A stretch of 64,000 bases of DNA from Pyrinomonadaceae bacterium (GTDB taxonomy: Bacteria > Acidobacteriota > Blastocatellia > Pyrinomonadales > Pyrinomonadaceae). Position 1 is the first letter of the stretch, and every line of letters starts with the position of its first letter. The DNA lies in the NCBI GenBank assembly GCA_035274925.1, contig DATENS010000253.1, forward strand, positions 3,266-67,265, given 5' to 3'. Shown here one piece after another: positions 25,707 to 34,068 of the stretch. The translations under genes and the position numbers were made by a program. The notes under the pieces were generated by a model. It searched no databases and was not told the origin of the DNA. It saw only the letters and a program-made list of their open reading frames with translations.

Positions 25707-26618
25707 TCATCTTCCCAGCCGCGACGCGATCACCTTTGCCGCGGTCGCGCCCGCGCCTACTGCGGCGGCAATGGTCGGCGCCAGCGGATTGGCCACGTCG
25801 CCGATAGCAAAAACATTGCTGACGCTTGTTTCCTGTTGGGAATCAACAGCTAAGTAACCCCGTTCGTCCTGCTTCAATTGACCGCTCAGGAAGTCCGTAT
25901 TGGGCTCGAATCCAATTCGGATCACCACACCCTGCACGGCCATTTGGAAAGGCTTGAGCGCTTGCGCGCGTTCGATTTCGACAGCCTCGACGCGATCGTT
26001 TCCCAGAATCCGCAGCACGCGGGACTCCGGAAAGACGGTCACGCAGTGATGTGTGTGCAACTGCTCAGCGAATTCCCGGCGCGCGCTGAGCTTCTTGCCG
26101 CGATGCACCAGGGTCACGGTGGGACAAACTTCACCTAACAGCAGCGCGTTCTCAGCGGCCGCATCGCCGCCTCCGATGACGCATACATCTTTTCCGGCAA
26201 AGGCTTCACGGTCTTTTGAGGCAGATTCAATAATTCCACGACCGGCAAATTCAGTTTCTCCGGGAATGCCCAGTTGGCGGCGGCGTAACCCGGTGGCGAG
26301 GATGAGCGCGATTGATTGCAACTGTTCGCCGCTCTTTAACGTGACGCGCTTTGCTTTCAAATCCACGGTTTCGATCTGAACGTTGGTCCAGAGATCGAAA
26401 TCACAGTCTTTGGTTTGTTCGGTGAATCGATCCCGCAGCTCGCGGCCGTTCGCCGCATGGGCGCCGAGGTAATCCTCGATGGGGTTGTAAGTGATGAGGA
26501 GTTGGCCGCCCACTTCTTCGCCTTGTTCAAGAACGAGAATGTCCAGTCCGAGCCGATCGCACCACATGGCTGCGCTCAAGCCCGCCGGACCAGCGCCGAT
26601 GATTACGACGTCATGCAT
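25707..26618 (-). CDS. thioredoxin-reductase-like FAD/NAD(P) flavoprotein lacking the CxxC redox centre
   Basis: MHDVVIIGAGPAGLSAA, VCVIGGGDAAAENA and FAIGDV motifs. At the TrxB CATC position the sequence is GRGIIESASKD. Confidence 0.75.
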   Translation of the reverse strand: MHDVVIIGAGPAGLSAAMWCDRLGLDILVLEQGEEVGGQLLITYNPIEDYLGAHAANGRELRDRFTEQTKDCDFDLWTNVQIETVDLKAKRVTLKSGEQLQSIALILATGLRRRQLGIPGETEFAGRGIIESASKDREAFAGKDVCVIGGGDAAAENALLLGEVCPTVTLVHRGKKLSARREFAEQLHTHHCVTVFPESRVLRILGNDRVEAVEIERAQALKPFQMAVQGVVIRIGFEPNTDFLSGQLKQDERGYLAVDSQQETSVSNVFAIGDVANPLAPTIAAAVGAGATAAKVIASRLGR

Positions 26619-26625
26619 GAGTTTT

Positions 26626-26914
26626 AAAACCGCAAAGCGGTTTCGGCCTTCAGCCCAACGTTCCCGCTTCGGCTACGTTGGGGACAAGTGGCCACAGATC
26701 ATATCAACCGCAATGCGGTTGCGTCAGTTACCAAACGTAGCGTCCAAACCTCGAAAAGCCCAAATGGAGTCAACAAGAGAAGGAAGGCCACGACATTAAT
26801 ATCCTCCTCGTGGGTTGGAATTGGCGCAACCGCGTTGCGGTTGGATGATAAACTGCTGACGTGTTCCCAGGGTAGCTGCAACCCTGGGCTGAAGGTCGTA
26901 ACCGCGTTGCGGTT
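26626..26914. repeat. composite multi-hairpin dispersed repeat, copy C (extended)
   Basis: Hairpins: AAAACCGC-aaa-GCGGTTT, CCCAACGT-tcccgcttcggct-ACGTTGGG, AACCGC-aat-GCGGTT, AACCGC-gtt-GCGGTT (twice), CCCAGGGT-agctgca-ACCCTGGG. Confidence 0.85.
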
Positions 26915-26938
26915 CAATCGGCGAAAGGAGGCAAAGCG

Positions 26939-27970
26939 ATGCGTCTGACTGAGATGGTTTCGTGCTCTGGTTGAGCGGCGAAGCTGGCGCCTGCCGTCCT
27001 CGCTCAGGTGTTGAGCGGGCTTGAGAAACAACCCAACGATCCAAATCTGCTGGTCGGTTTCGACAAAGCGGACGACGCCGGAGTGTATCGTCTGCGCGAC
27101 GATTTGGCGCTGGTGCAGACACTCGATTTCTTCACGCCGATTGTCGACGATCCGTTCGACTACGGCCGCATCGCTGCGCTCAACTCGATCAACGACGTGT
27201 GGGCCATGGGCGGGACGCCGGTGACCGCGATGGCCATCACCTGCTTTCCCAAGAAAGGTGTGGACTTCTCGATCCTTCAGGAGATCATGCGTGGGGGTCT
27301 GTCCGTTCTGACTGAAAACAAAGTGGCACTCGTCGGTGGCCATAGTGTCGATAACGAGCAGATCATGTTTGGGTATTCAGTCACCGGTGTGATCGATCCA
27401 AATCACGTGGCGACGAATGCAGGCGCGCGACCCGGAGATGTAATCATCCTGACGAAGCCGATCGGCACCGGCGTGATTTCGACGGGAATCAAGAAAGCAA
27501 AGGCGCCGCCCGCGCTCGTGGCCGAATCAGTTGCCACGATGATGACGCCGGGCAAATACGCCGCCGAAGCGATCATGAAATTTGATGTGAAAGCCGCAAC
27601 GGATGTCACCGGTTTTGCTTTGCTGGGTCACGCCTGGGAAATGGCTTGCGCCAGCAACGTCACTATTGAGATAGATTCGGCTAGCGTGCCTTTGATTAAC
27701 GGCGCGTGGGACTTAGCGGCGGCAGGAATGCTCACCGGCGCGGACAAGACCAATCGCGACTACGTAGGCCAGGATATCGAAATCGCTTCAAGCGTCGATC
27801 CGAATTTGCTGCGACTTTTTTACGATCCGCAGACGGCGGGCGGGCTGTTGTTGGCGATTGAGGAATCCAAGGCCCACGAGTTGTTGACGGAATTACGCCG
27901 CAATTACCCTCGCGCGGAAATCATCGGCCAGGTCCGAGGCCGCGGCCCCCACGCAATCCTCTTAAAATAG
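26939..27970 (+). CDS. selD: selenide, water dikinase (selenophosphate synthetase), Sec-containing form; UGA at 26972-26974
   Basis: AAAGGAGG RBS, then ATG 26939. [50 protein letters not shown]...[30 protein letters not shown]. Collinear with E. coli SelD, with TGA at the Cys17 position. Confidence 0.8.
26999..27019 (+). promoter_or_regulatory. SECIS-like hairpin downstream of selD UGA
   Basis: CUCGCUCA-GGUGU-UGAGCGGG: 8 bp including one G-U, with an apical loop containing GGU. First loop G lies 35 nt from the U of UGA. Confidence 0.45.
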
Positions 27971-28032
27971 AACCCGAATCTCGTTCGGTTTCCTATTCTG
28001 TGAAATCTGTGTAATCTGCGGATTGAAACGAT

Positions 28033-29457
28033 ATGGCTTCGCCGATTTCGCAAACTGCTAAGTCCGGACCGCGCTCAATCGCCGAACTCTACCAATCCGT
28101 GCGCGCGCGCACGCTGGAGATCGTCGCGCCGCTCGAGATTGAAGACTATGTCATCCAAACCGCCGAGTTCATGAGTCCGCCGCGCTGGCACATTGGCCAC
28201 ACGTCCTGGTTTTTTGAGACGGTGCTGCGAAAATATCAGCCGGGCTACAAAGTCTTTTCAGACGACTTTCTCTTTTACTTCAATTCTTACTACGAAGGAT
28301 TTGGCGAGCGGATAGAACGTCAAAAGCGCGGCACGCGTTCCCGTCCGACGGTTGCTGAAACCAGAAAGTATCGCGCGCATATCGATGAGCAGATGTCGCG
28401 ATTCATCGAGAAGCTTTCGGCGCGCGATGATGCCGCGGAAATTCAGTCGATCATTCGGCTCGGACTCGAGCACGAGATGCAGCACCAGGAGTTACTGGTC
28501 TACGACATCAAACACCTTCTCTGCGATCAGTTTGATGCGCCCATGAAACCTGCGCCGCCCTCGCTGGAAACTGTCAGCGGCATGGCGGAGGTTGAAGGTG
28601 GGTTGTTTGAGCTGGGATACGCTATCTCCCTCCCCACAAGTGGGGAGGGCCGGGGTGGGGTAGCCACGGGCCAACCTCTCCCCCAACCCCTCTCCGAAGG
28701 CGGAGAGGGGAGTCAGAGAAACTCAAAAGACTTCGCCTGGGACAACGAAAAGCCCGCGCACAAAGTATTCCTCGAAGACTTTCAAATCGATCGCGCGCCG
28801 GTGAGCAATGGCGAGTATCTCGAATTCATTAACGCCGGCGGCTACACAGATTTTCGCTGGTGGCTATCGTCAGGTTGGGAGAAGGTGACGACGGAACAGT
28901 GGCAAGCGCCGCTTTACTGGGAACAACTCGAGGGCGAATGGATGATTCGGGACTTCGGCGGATTACATCGCGTCGCGGATAAATCAAACGAACCGGTTTC
29001 GCACGTAAGTTTTCTCGAAGCGTCAGCCTATGCCAAGTGGGCCGGCAAGCGCCTGCCAACTGAAGCCGAATGGGAAAAAACGGCTACGCTCGATTCCACG
29101 CAGCCATTTCCGTGGGGCAACCAGCCGTCTGACGAGAGTCGTGGAAATCTTTTCGAGAATGGTTTGTGGAGCGTCGCGCCCATCGGAGCTTTTCCAAACG
29201 GTAAAACTTCCCAAGGCATTCATCAGATGATTGGTGACGTCTGGGAATGGACCACTTCGGACTACACCCCTTACCCGGGCTTCAAATCCGAGTTTGACGA
29301 GTATAACGACAAATGGTTTGTCGGCCAGAAAGTTCTGCGCGGCGGTTCCTTTGCCACGCCGCAAATTCACATTCGCTCGACCTACCGAAACTTCTTCTAC
29401 CCGCACGAGCGTTGGATGATTGCCGGGTTCCGCTGTGCGAAAGACCCGGGCAAATAG
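28033..29457 (+). CDS. EgtB/SenA-like sulfoxide (or selenoxide) synthase: DinB_2 + FGE-sulfatase domains
   Basis: 474 aa. [74 protein letters not shown]. Confidence 0.8.
   Translation: MASPISQTAKSGPRSIAELYQSVRARTLEIVAPLEIEDYVIQTAEFMSPPRWHIGHTSWFFETVLRKYQPGYKVFSDDFLFYFNSYYEGFGERIERQKRGTRSRPTVAETRKYRAHIDEQMSRFIEKLSARDDAAEIQSIIRLGLEHEMQHQELLVYDIKHLLCDQFDAPMKPAPPSLETVSGMAEVEGGLFELGYAISLPTSGEGRGGVATGQPLPQPLSEGGEGSQRNSKDFAWDNEKPAHKVFLEDFQIDRAPVSNGEYLEFINAGGYTDFRWWLSSGWEKVTTEQWQAPLYWEQLEGEWMIRDFGGLHRVADKSNEPVSHVSFLEASAYAKWAGKRLPTEAEWEKTATLDSTQPFPWGNQPSDESRGNLFENGLWSVAPIGAFPNGKTSQGIHQMIGDVWEWTTSDYTPYPGFKSEFDEYNDKWFVGQKVLRGGSFATPQIHIRSTYRNFFYPHERWMIAGFRCAKDPGK
28624..28722 (+). repeat. in-frame hairpin-repeat insertion inside the EgtB/SenA-like CDS
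   Basis: CCCTCCCCA-caag-TGGGGAGGG (28628-28649), then CCGGGGTGGGG, then CCCCTCTCCG-aagg-CGGAGAGGGG (28687-28710). Same family as 16618.. and 19334... Encodes [35 protein letters not shown]. Confidence 0.7.
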
Positions 29458-29504
29458 CTGTGGTGGAAACATAGTAGCTCCCGAAATTAGCTCGCGGTTC
29501 GCAG

Positions 29505-30635
29505 GTGGATCGAATACAATCTCCCGCGCGGCAGCTTCATGCGCCGCTCCGGCTCGTGAAAATCGAACTTCTCGTTGATTTCAAAGAATTCTGGGCACGG
29601 TTGAGCGAGGACATTCACTCCGCTCAGGGCTCGGTTTACGTCCAGACATTCGCGCTCGAAGGCGACGCTACGGGGCGACAACTTGGAGCCGCTTTGCTTG
29701 CCTCGCCGGCGCCGGATCGCCGCATTCTCGCCGACTCGTTCACGCGCGTCATGCTCAGCGATCGATTCAAGTATTCGCCGTCAGCCCTGCTTGATCGCGA
29801 GTTACGAGACGAAGCGCGGCAGACAACTGCCATGCAAAACGAGCTGGCCGCCGCCGGCGTCGAGATTCGATTTACCAACGCCTACGGACCAACGCCGCGC
29901 CGCATGCTCAGTCATAATCACAAGAAGCTCATCGTGGTCGACGAGAGCACTGCATACATCGGCGGTGTTAACTTCAGCGATCATAACGGCGCCTGGCACG
30001 ACATGATGTTTCGGATCGAAGATGAGAATTCGATCCGGTTCCTGCGCGAAGATTTTCTGACTACCTGGAAAGGCCAGGATCGCGTCGCCCGGCAAGCGGG
30101 GGACAGCATGGAACTCCTGACCACCGACGGCCGAAAGAACCGCCTCGTCTTTCAACGGGTGTTTGATTTGGTGGACGCCGCGCGCCAGACGATTTTTGTC
30201 GAGAGTCCCTACGTCACTTTTCCGTTTTATGAACGATTGCGCGAAGCCACGCGCCGCGGTGTGCGCGTGACTGTGATTACCCCCGAAGAGAATAATTGGC
30301 GCTTCTTCAGAAACTATGCGCGGCTGGAATCAGCGAGGTCGGGCATCGACTTGCGGTTTTTCCAGGGACGCATGAGTCATTTGAAGGCAATGCTGATCGA
30401 CGACGAGTATCTGATCGCGGGCTCGACCAACTTTGATTACCTCAGTTACCGGGTCCATCAGGAGCTGATCGCGGTGATCACATCGCCTTCGGTCATCGTC
30501 GATTTTCGCGAGCGCGTCGTTCTTCCTGATCTGGCGAATTCACGCGTCGTGGAATGCCACGCGAGCACGGCCGGCAAACAATGGCTGGGCTTGCAGACAA
30601 GACTGCTGGACGCAGCCATGACGATTCTTACTTAA
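29505..30635 (+). CDS. phospholipase D / cardiolipin-synthase-like protein (two HKD motifs)
   Basis: HNHKKLIVVDESTAYIGGVNFSDHN and SHLKAMLIDDEYLIAGSTNFD. Start is uncertain (GTG 29505 or GTG 29556). Confidence 0.75.
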   Translation: MDRIQSPARQLHAPLRLVKIELLVDFKEFWARLSEDIHSAQGSVYVQTFALEGDATGRQLGAALLASPAPDRRILADSFTRVMLSDRFKYSPSALLDRELRDEARQTTAMQNELAAAGVEIRFTNAYGPTPRRMLSHNHKKLIVVDESTAYIGGVNFSDHNGAWHDMMFRIEDENSIRFLREDFLTTWKGQDRVARQAGDSMELLTTDGRKNRLVFQRVFDLVDAARQTIFVESPYVTFPFYERLREATRRGVRVTVITPEENNWRFFRNYARLESARSGIDLRFFQGRMSHLKAMLIDDEYLIAGSTNFDYLSYRVHQELIAVITSPSVIVDFRERVVLPDLANSRVVECHASTAGKQWLGLQTRLLDAAMTILT

Positions 30636-31242
30636 GCCCGATTTCCTTCCGCTCGTAATTCCCGTAGACAAAATCCTGCTGCGACTGGTGACATGCGAAG
30701 CAGGCGCCTTTCTTTTGCCGCTTCTGAATCCTGGACGCTGTTCCATTCACAATCAGAAATTCCCAGTCATTCGCGGCCGGATTGAATCCTTTCGCTCTTT
30801 TGATCATCACGGCCAGCAGGTCGGGTGTTTCGCTTTCCGGATGGGAAAGTTTTGCGCGCACGATCATCGAGCCGGGTCTGAAGCTCGAACGGGGCGTGGC
30901 GTTCATGGCTTCGAGCGCGATGTCGTTTGCATAAACGACGCCGAAGGTGTGTTGTTTGCGAACGGGCTCGGGATTACTCCACTCGCCGGGTCGCGGAAAG
31001 ATGAATCGGGTTGTGCCGCCACCTCCAATGATTCGTGGCCCGTCAACTACGGGCCCTATAGGTCTAACGCTTCAACCGGCGACCGACGCGTAGTCCAGCG
31101 CAATCACTTTCTGAGTAACTCGCGACCACTGGCGATATTTGGAGATCTCCTGCAGCGTATCGTCGTCTGTGATGTTGCCGGCGATTACCGCGGTAGTGAT
31201 GCTTAAAACAAGAGCGATGAGTTTGAGCGAACGTCCGGACAT
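30628..31242 (-). CDS. cytochrome P460-family haem protein with one in-frame UGA (31074-31072): candidate selenoprotein, or a nonsense pseudogene
   Basis: GGAGG 7 nt before ATG 31242. Signal peptide MSGRSLKLIALVLSITTAVIAG. ORF-track pieces 31072..31305 and 30628..30906 share one frame, with no other stop between them. C-terminal ..VMIKRAKGFNPAANDWEF....CFACH....DFVYGNY. Confidence 0.55.
31037..31055 (-). promoter_or_regulatory. SECIS-like hairpin downstream of UGA 31074-31072
   Basis: Minus strand: GGCCCG-UAGUUGA-CGGGCC. Perfect 6-bp GC-rich stem. The stem starts 19 nt after the U of UGA. Loop contains GU. Confidence 0.45.
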
Positions 31243-31332
31243 TGGGCGCCTCCAGCTTTTCGCATTGGTTTGTCCGGGGTAGTAACGCTCGGATGCCGCG
31301 CACACTTCACGGGATGCTTTTCCAGCCGGGCA

Positions 31333-34068
31333 TTATTGAGTGTCCGACTGCAGTTTGGCGGTCCAGGGGCTGCGCGGATAGTTCTGACGCAGAAGTTTGA
31401 CGACCTGCTCGAGCGTCTCCTTATCGTTGTCCCAGCCATTGCAGCCGTACTTGTAACTTCGGTTGGCCTCAGCCGCAATGTAGAGCGCTTCGGGGATGCG
31501 CGGGTCGTTGGGAGATTGTTTGGCCCATGCAAGCACGCGTCTTCCCAGATAACTATGGGCGTCGCCAATGGCGATTAGCGCGGCCCGTTCGCGGCGCGCC
31601 TTTTCCAATTCAACTGGAGTTAGAAATTGCGGTTTGGGAACAGACTTCGCGGCTTCCCGGCTCAACTGGACGTCGTATTCGGTATTTACAGGCTTACACC
31701 ACCATGAAGTTTCAAAGTCATAGGAGGACTGTTCGGCAGTCATGAAGTCCGGAATGCCTCCGACCACCAGCGGAGTGAGAGCCGGAAACTTAAGCAGGAC
31801 AAAAAGTGCGGCATGTTCCTTCTCGGCCCGGGTCTGGGCGTCCCGGTACGAGTCGAAGACCGGCTTCATTTCGGGCGCGAATTTCACTGCCTCAGGCGCT
31901 ATGCGTGAGGCGATCGCGTCGTTTTGCAGAACTATGGCCCGGGTCCAGACTGCCAGCACCAGCCGCCGCCGCAAGTAATCGGGAACTACCGGATTGCGCG
32001 CCGCCATCTCCAATCGTTCGAGTGGGAAATGCCAGTTGAGGATCTCAATCGCCTCGTCGTCAAGCTGAACTCGATCATCCCAGGGCAACAGATCTTCATA
32101 ACGCTCGTCAACACTCTTCTCGTATTCTTCCTTCGTCGGTTTATTTTCGAACCGGTCTGAAAAATACGAGTTGAATTCCCAGTCCGATTTCGCCTTTCCG
32201 ACAATGTCGCTAATGGATCCCATTCGGCCTGCTTCGTAATAAGCGGCCGCCTTCCGCGGGGCGAACTTGAGAAAGTCATTCACATTGTCTGCCAGCAACA
32301 TGCGCTGTTCGAGGAACTGATTCCGGGCGGAAACCGGCGGGCGTTCCAGGCCTGGTAAGACCGAATCGTCCAGTAACTTTCGCGCTTCAGCTTTTTTGCC
32401 GGACGCAATCTTCAATCGCACCAGGTTGTAAGCCGCGGTGGGATAAAGCGGCGACTCGGGTTGAATCTTTTCGGCAAAACTTGCCAGCCGGTCCACGCGA
32501 GGCGAGTTGAACTCGGCCCTGGAGATTGCCAACGCGAACCAGGCGGGCGATTCACTCTCGCGCCACTTGGCCATCGCCCGATCGTAAACACCGGGGTCTG
32601 ATGTTTGCGCGGCGAAAATCCACTCGCTGAGATCGTCGCCGCGAAGGAAAGGCGGAATCAAATCCAGGGTGAGACTATTGCAGTCGCTATAATCGTAATT
32701 GCATTGGCCACCTTCATGTTCAGTCAACCCGGAGCGGCTATACCGGCGGTTAGGACTGATGTGGTATTGACGCGACTTCAACGCCGAATCAATGTGCTCA
32801 TCCAGATTCTTGAGTTCGTCCGGTGTTAGCTGCCGGCCGAGCGCGCTCGCGAACGCCATGCGCACCTCGTCTCGGGTAACCGTGGATTTGAAATCAAGAT
32901 GAACGTACTGAGTGTGGTCAGGCTTTCCGTTCACCAGCGGACTCCAGCTGATGTCGATCAGTTCGCCTCGTTGAATAGCCTCAAATCTGGCCTTGAACTC
33001 GGGATTGGACCACGCGTCTTTTTCTTCCTCCTTTTCGCCGCGCGCGGCCCGCTTCCGTTTTTCCTCCTCCTCTACGATCCGATTTTCAATCTTGTCGAGC
33101 AGCCAAACGTAGTCGATCAAGTCCTGCTTGAGATTGGGATTGCCGCCCTGGTTCGCCAGAATGCTCGCCAACTCTCGGACTCTTTCGTGCGGATGCCAGC
33201 GAAATTGAACCAGAGCAAGCAACTTCTGGGCGCCGCCTGAAAACTGGCCGCGCCGGCTCGCGATCAGGCGCAGGTGGCGCTCGGCTTCCTCATACAATTC
33301 ACGTTGCTTGTTTTGATCCTGAGTCAGGCTGGCATGACGCACCAGGGTGCGGCCCACCAGATAGTCGGCGGTTTCGCGCCAGGGAGATTCCAGATCGGCG
33401 GCAATGCTGGCAAAGCGACTGCGCGCCCCGTCGAAGTTCAATGAGTAAAGAAGCGCGGCGCCGATTTGATAATCGCGATCCTTTCGCAACCAGGCGGGGC
33501 TTTCAGGACCGAGCTCAGCCGGAATGGCGGCGCCACCCTGGCAGTTTTGAAACACGAGATCCTGAGCGGCCAACCACGCGCGAACATTCTTGTCTTCTGT
33601 GCCGTAAGTCGCTGACCGTTCTTTCAGCGTCGTCGTCGCAACTTCAAAAGCATTCCGGGCACAGTTGGGAAAGAAATCGTAACCCTCGTGTTGCCTCTCC
33701 ACGTAAACTTCAGGCAAGGGCTCGTCTTTAAGGGCGACCTCTTTTCGCGCCAGCAGCCACGCCTTCATGGCGTCGTCGCCCTGATCTTCCGGCGCTTTGC
33801 CGCGCAGCGTCTCAACCAGTTGCTGTCGCTCGTCGTCCGAAAATGAGCCGCCGTTGAAATATCGATAAGTAACGAACAGCGTCTTGCGTCCGAGCGTCGG
33901 CCGCAGAATTCCAATCTTGCCTGCCACAAATTCGTCGAACGGCAGATCGGGCGAGTGGTTGAAGACGAAGATCGGCTGAATGAACTCAGGGCCGCAGGCC
34001 ATGGCGGCCATCGGCATCTGGAAGATCATCAGCAATCCCAAAAAGCAGACAACGAGCTTTTCCTTCAT
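31333..34068 (-). CDS. large (911 aa) secreted or lipid-anchored protein of unknown function
   Basis: ATG 34068 overlaps the upstream stop (ATGA). Signal peptide MKEKLVVCFLGLLMIFQMPMAAMAC. Helical-repeat-like composition. No motif recognised. Confidence 0.7.
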   Translation of the reverse strand: MKEKLVVCFLGLLMIFQMPMAAMACGPEFIQPIFVFNHSPDLPFDEFVAGKIGILRPTLGRKTLFVTYRYFNGGSFSDDERQQLVETLRGKAPEDQGDDAMKAWLLARKEVALKDEPLPEVYVERQHEGYDFFPNCARNAFEVATTTLKERSATYGTEDKNVRAWLAAQDLVFQNCQGGAAIPAELGPESPAWLRKDRDYQIGAALLYSLNFDGARSRFASIAADLESPWRETADYLVGRTLVRHASLTQDQNKQRELYEEAERHLRLIASRRGQFSGGAQKLLALVQFRWHPHERVRELASILANQGGNPNLKQDLIDYVWLLDKIENRIVEEEEKRKRAARGEKEEEKDAWSNPEFKARFEAIQRGELIDISWSPLVNGKPDHTQYVHLDFKSTVTRDEVRMAFASALGRQLTPDELKNLDEHIDSALKSRQYHISPNRRYSRSGLTEHEGGQCNYDYSDCNSLTLDLIPPFLRGDDLSEWIFAAQTSDPGVYDRAMAKWRESESPAWFALAISRAEFNSPRVDRLASFAEKIQPESPLYPTAAYNLVRLKIASGKKAEARKLLDDSVLPGLERPPVSARNQFLEQRMLLADNVNDFLKFAPRKAAAYYEAGRMGSISDIVGKAKSDWEFNSYFSDRFENKPTKEEYEKSVDERYEDLLPWDDRVQLDDEAIEILNWHFPLERLEMAARNPVVPDYLRRRLVLAVWTRAIVLQNDAIASRIAPEAVKFAPEMKPVFDSYRDAQTRAEKEHAALFVLLKFPALTPLVVGGIPDFMTAEQSSYDFETSWWCKPVNTEYDVQLSREAAKSVPKPQFLTPVELEKARRERAALIAIGDAHSYLGRRVLAWAKQSPNDPRIPEALYIAAEANRSYKYGCNGWDNDKETLEQVVKLLRQNYPRSPWTAKLQSDTQ

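Noticed and set aside
26626-26914. Hairpin-repeat clusters, considered as possible CRISPR arrays (also 5705-5846, 23517-23687, 46513-46693)
   Set aside because: The units are inverted rather than direct, of several different sequences, irregularly spaced and without unique spacers of constant length. There are no cas genes in the window.
26699-27343. 214-aa minus-strand ORF across the selD start region
   Set aside because: It is antisense to selD and to the repeat element. The plus-strand frame aligns residue by residue with SelD, including the region upstream of the ORF-track start.
28033-29457. Reading the EgtB-like gene as part of a canonical ergothioneine (egtABCDE) cluster
   Set aside because: No EgtD-type histidine methyltransferase, EgtC amidohydrolase or EgtE lyase is adjacent. 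Its immediate upstream neighbour is SelD. The gene is therefore left as EgtB/SenA-like.
31243-31305. Upstream start MCAASERYYPGQTNAKSWRRP for the P460-like gene
   Set aside because: ATG 31242 is preceded by GGAGG at ideal spacing and begins a canonical signal peptide. The upstream extension has no RBS.
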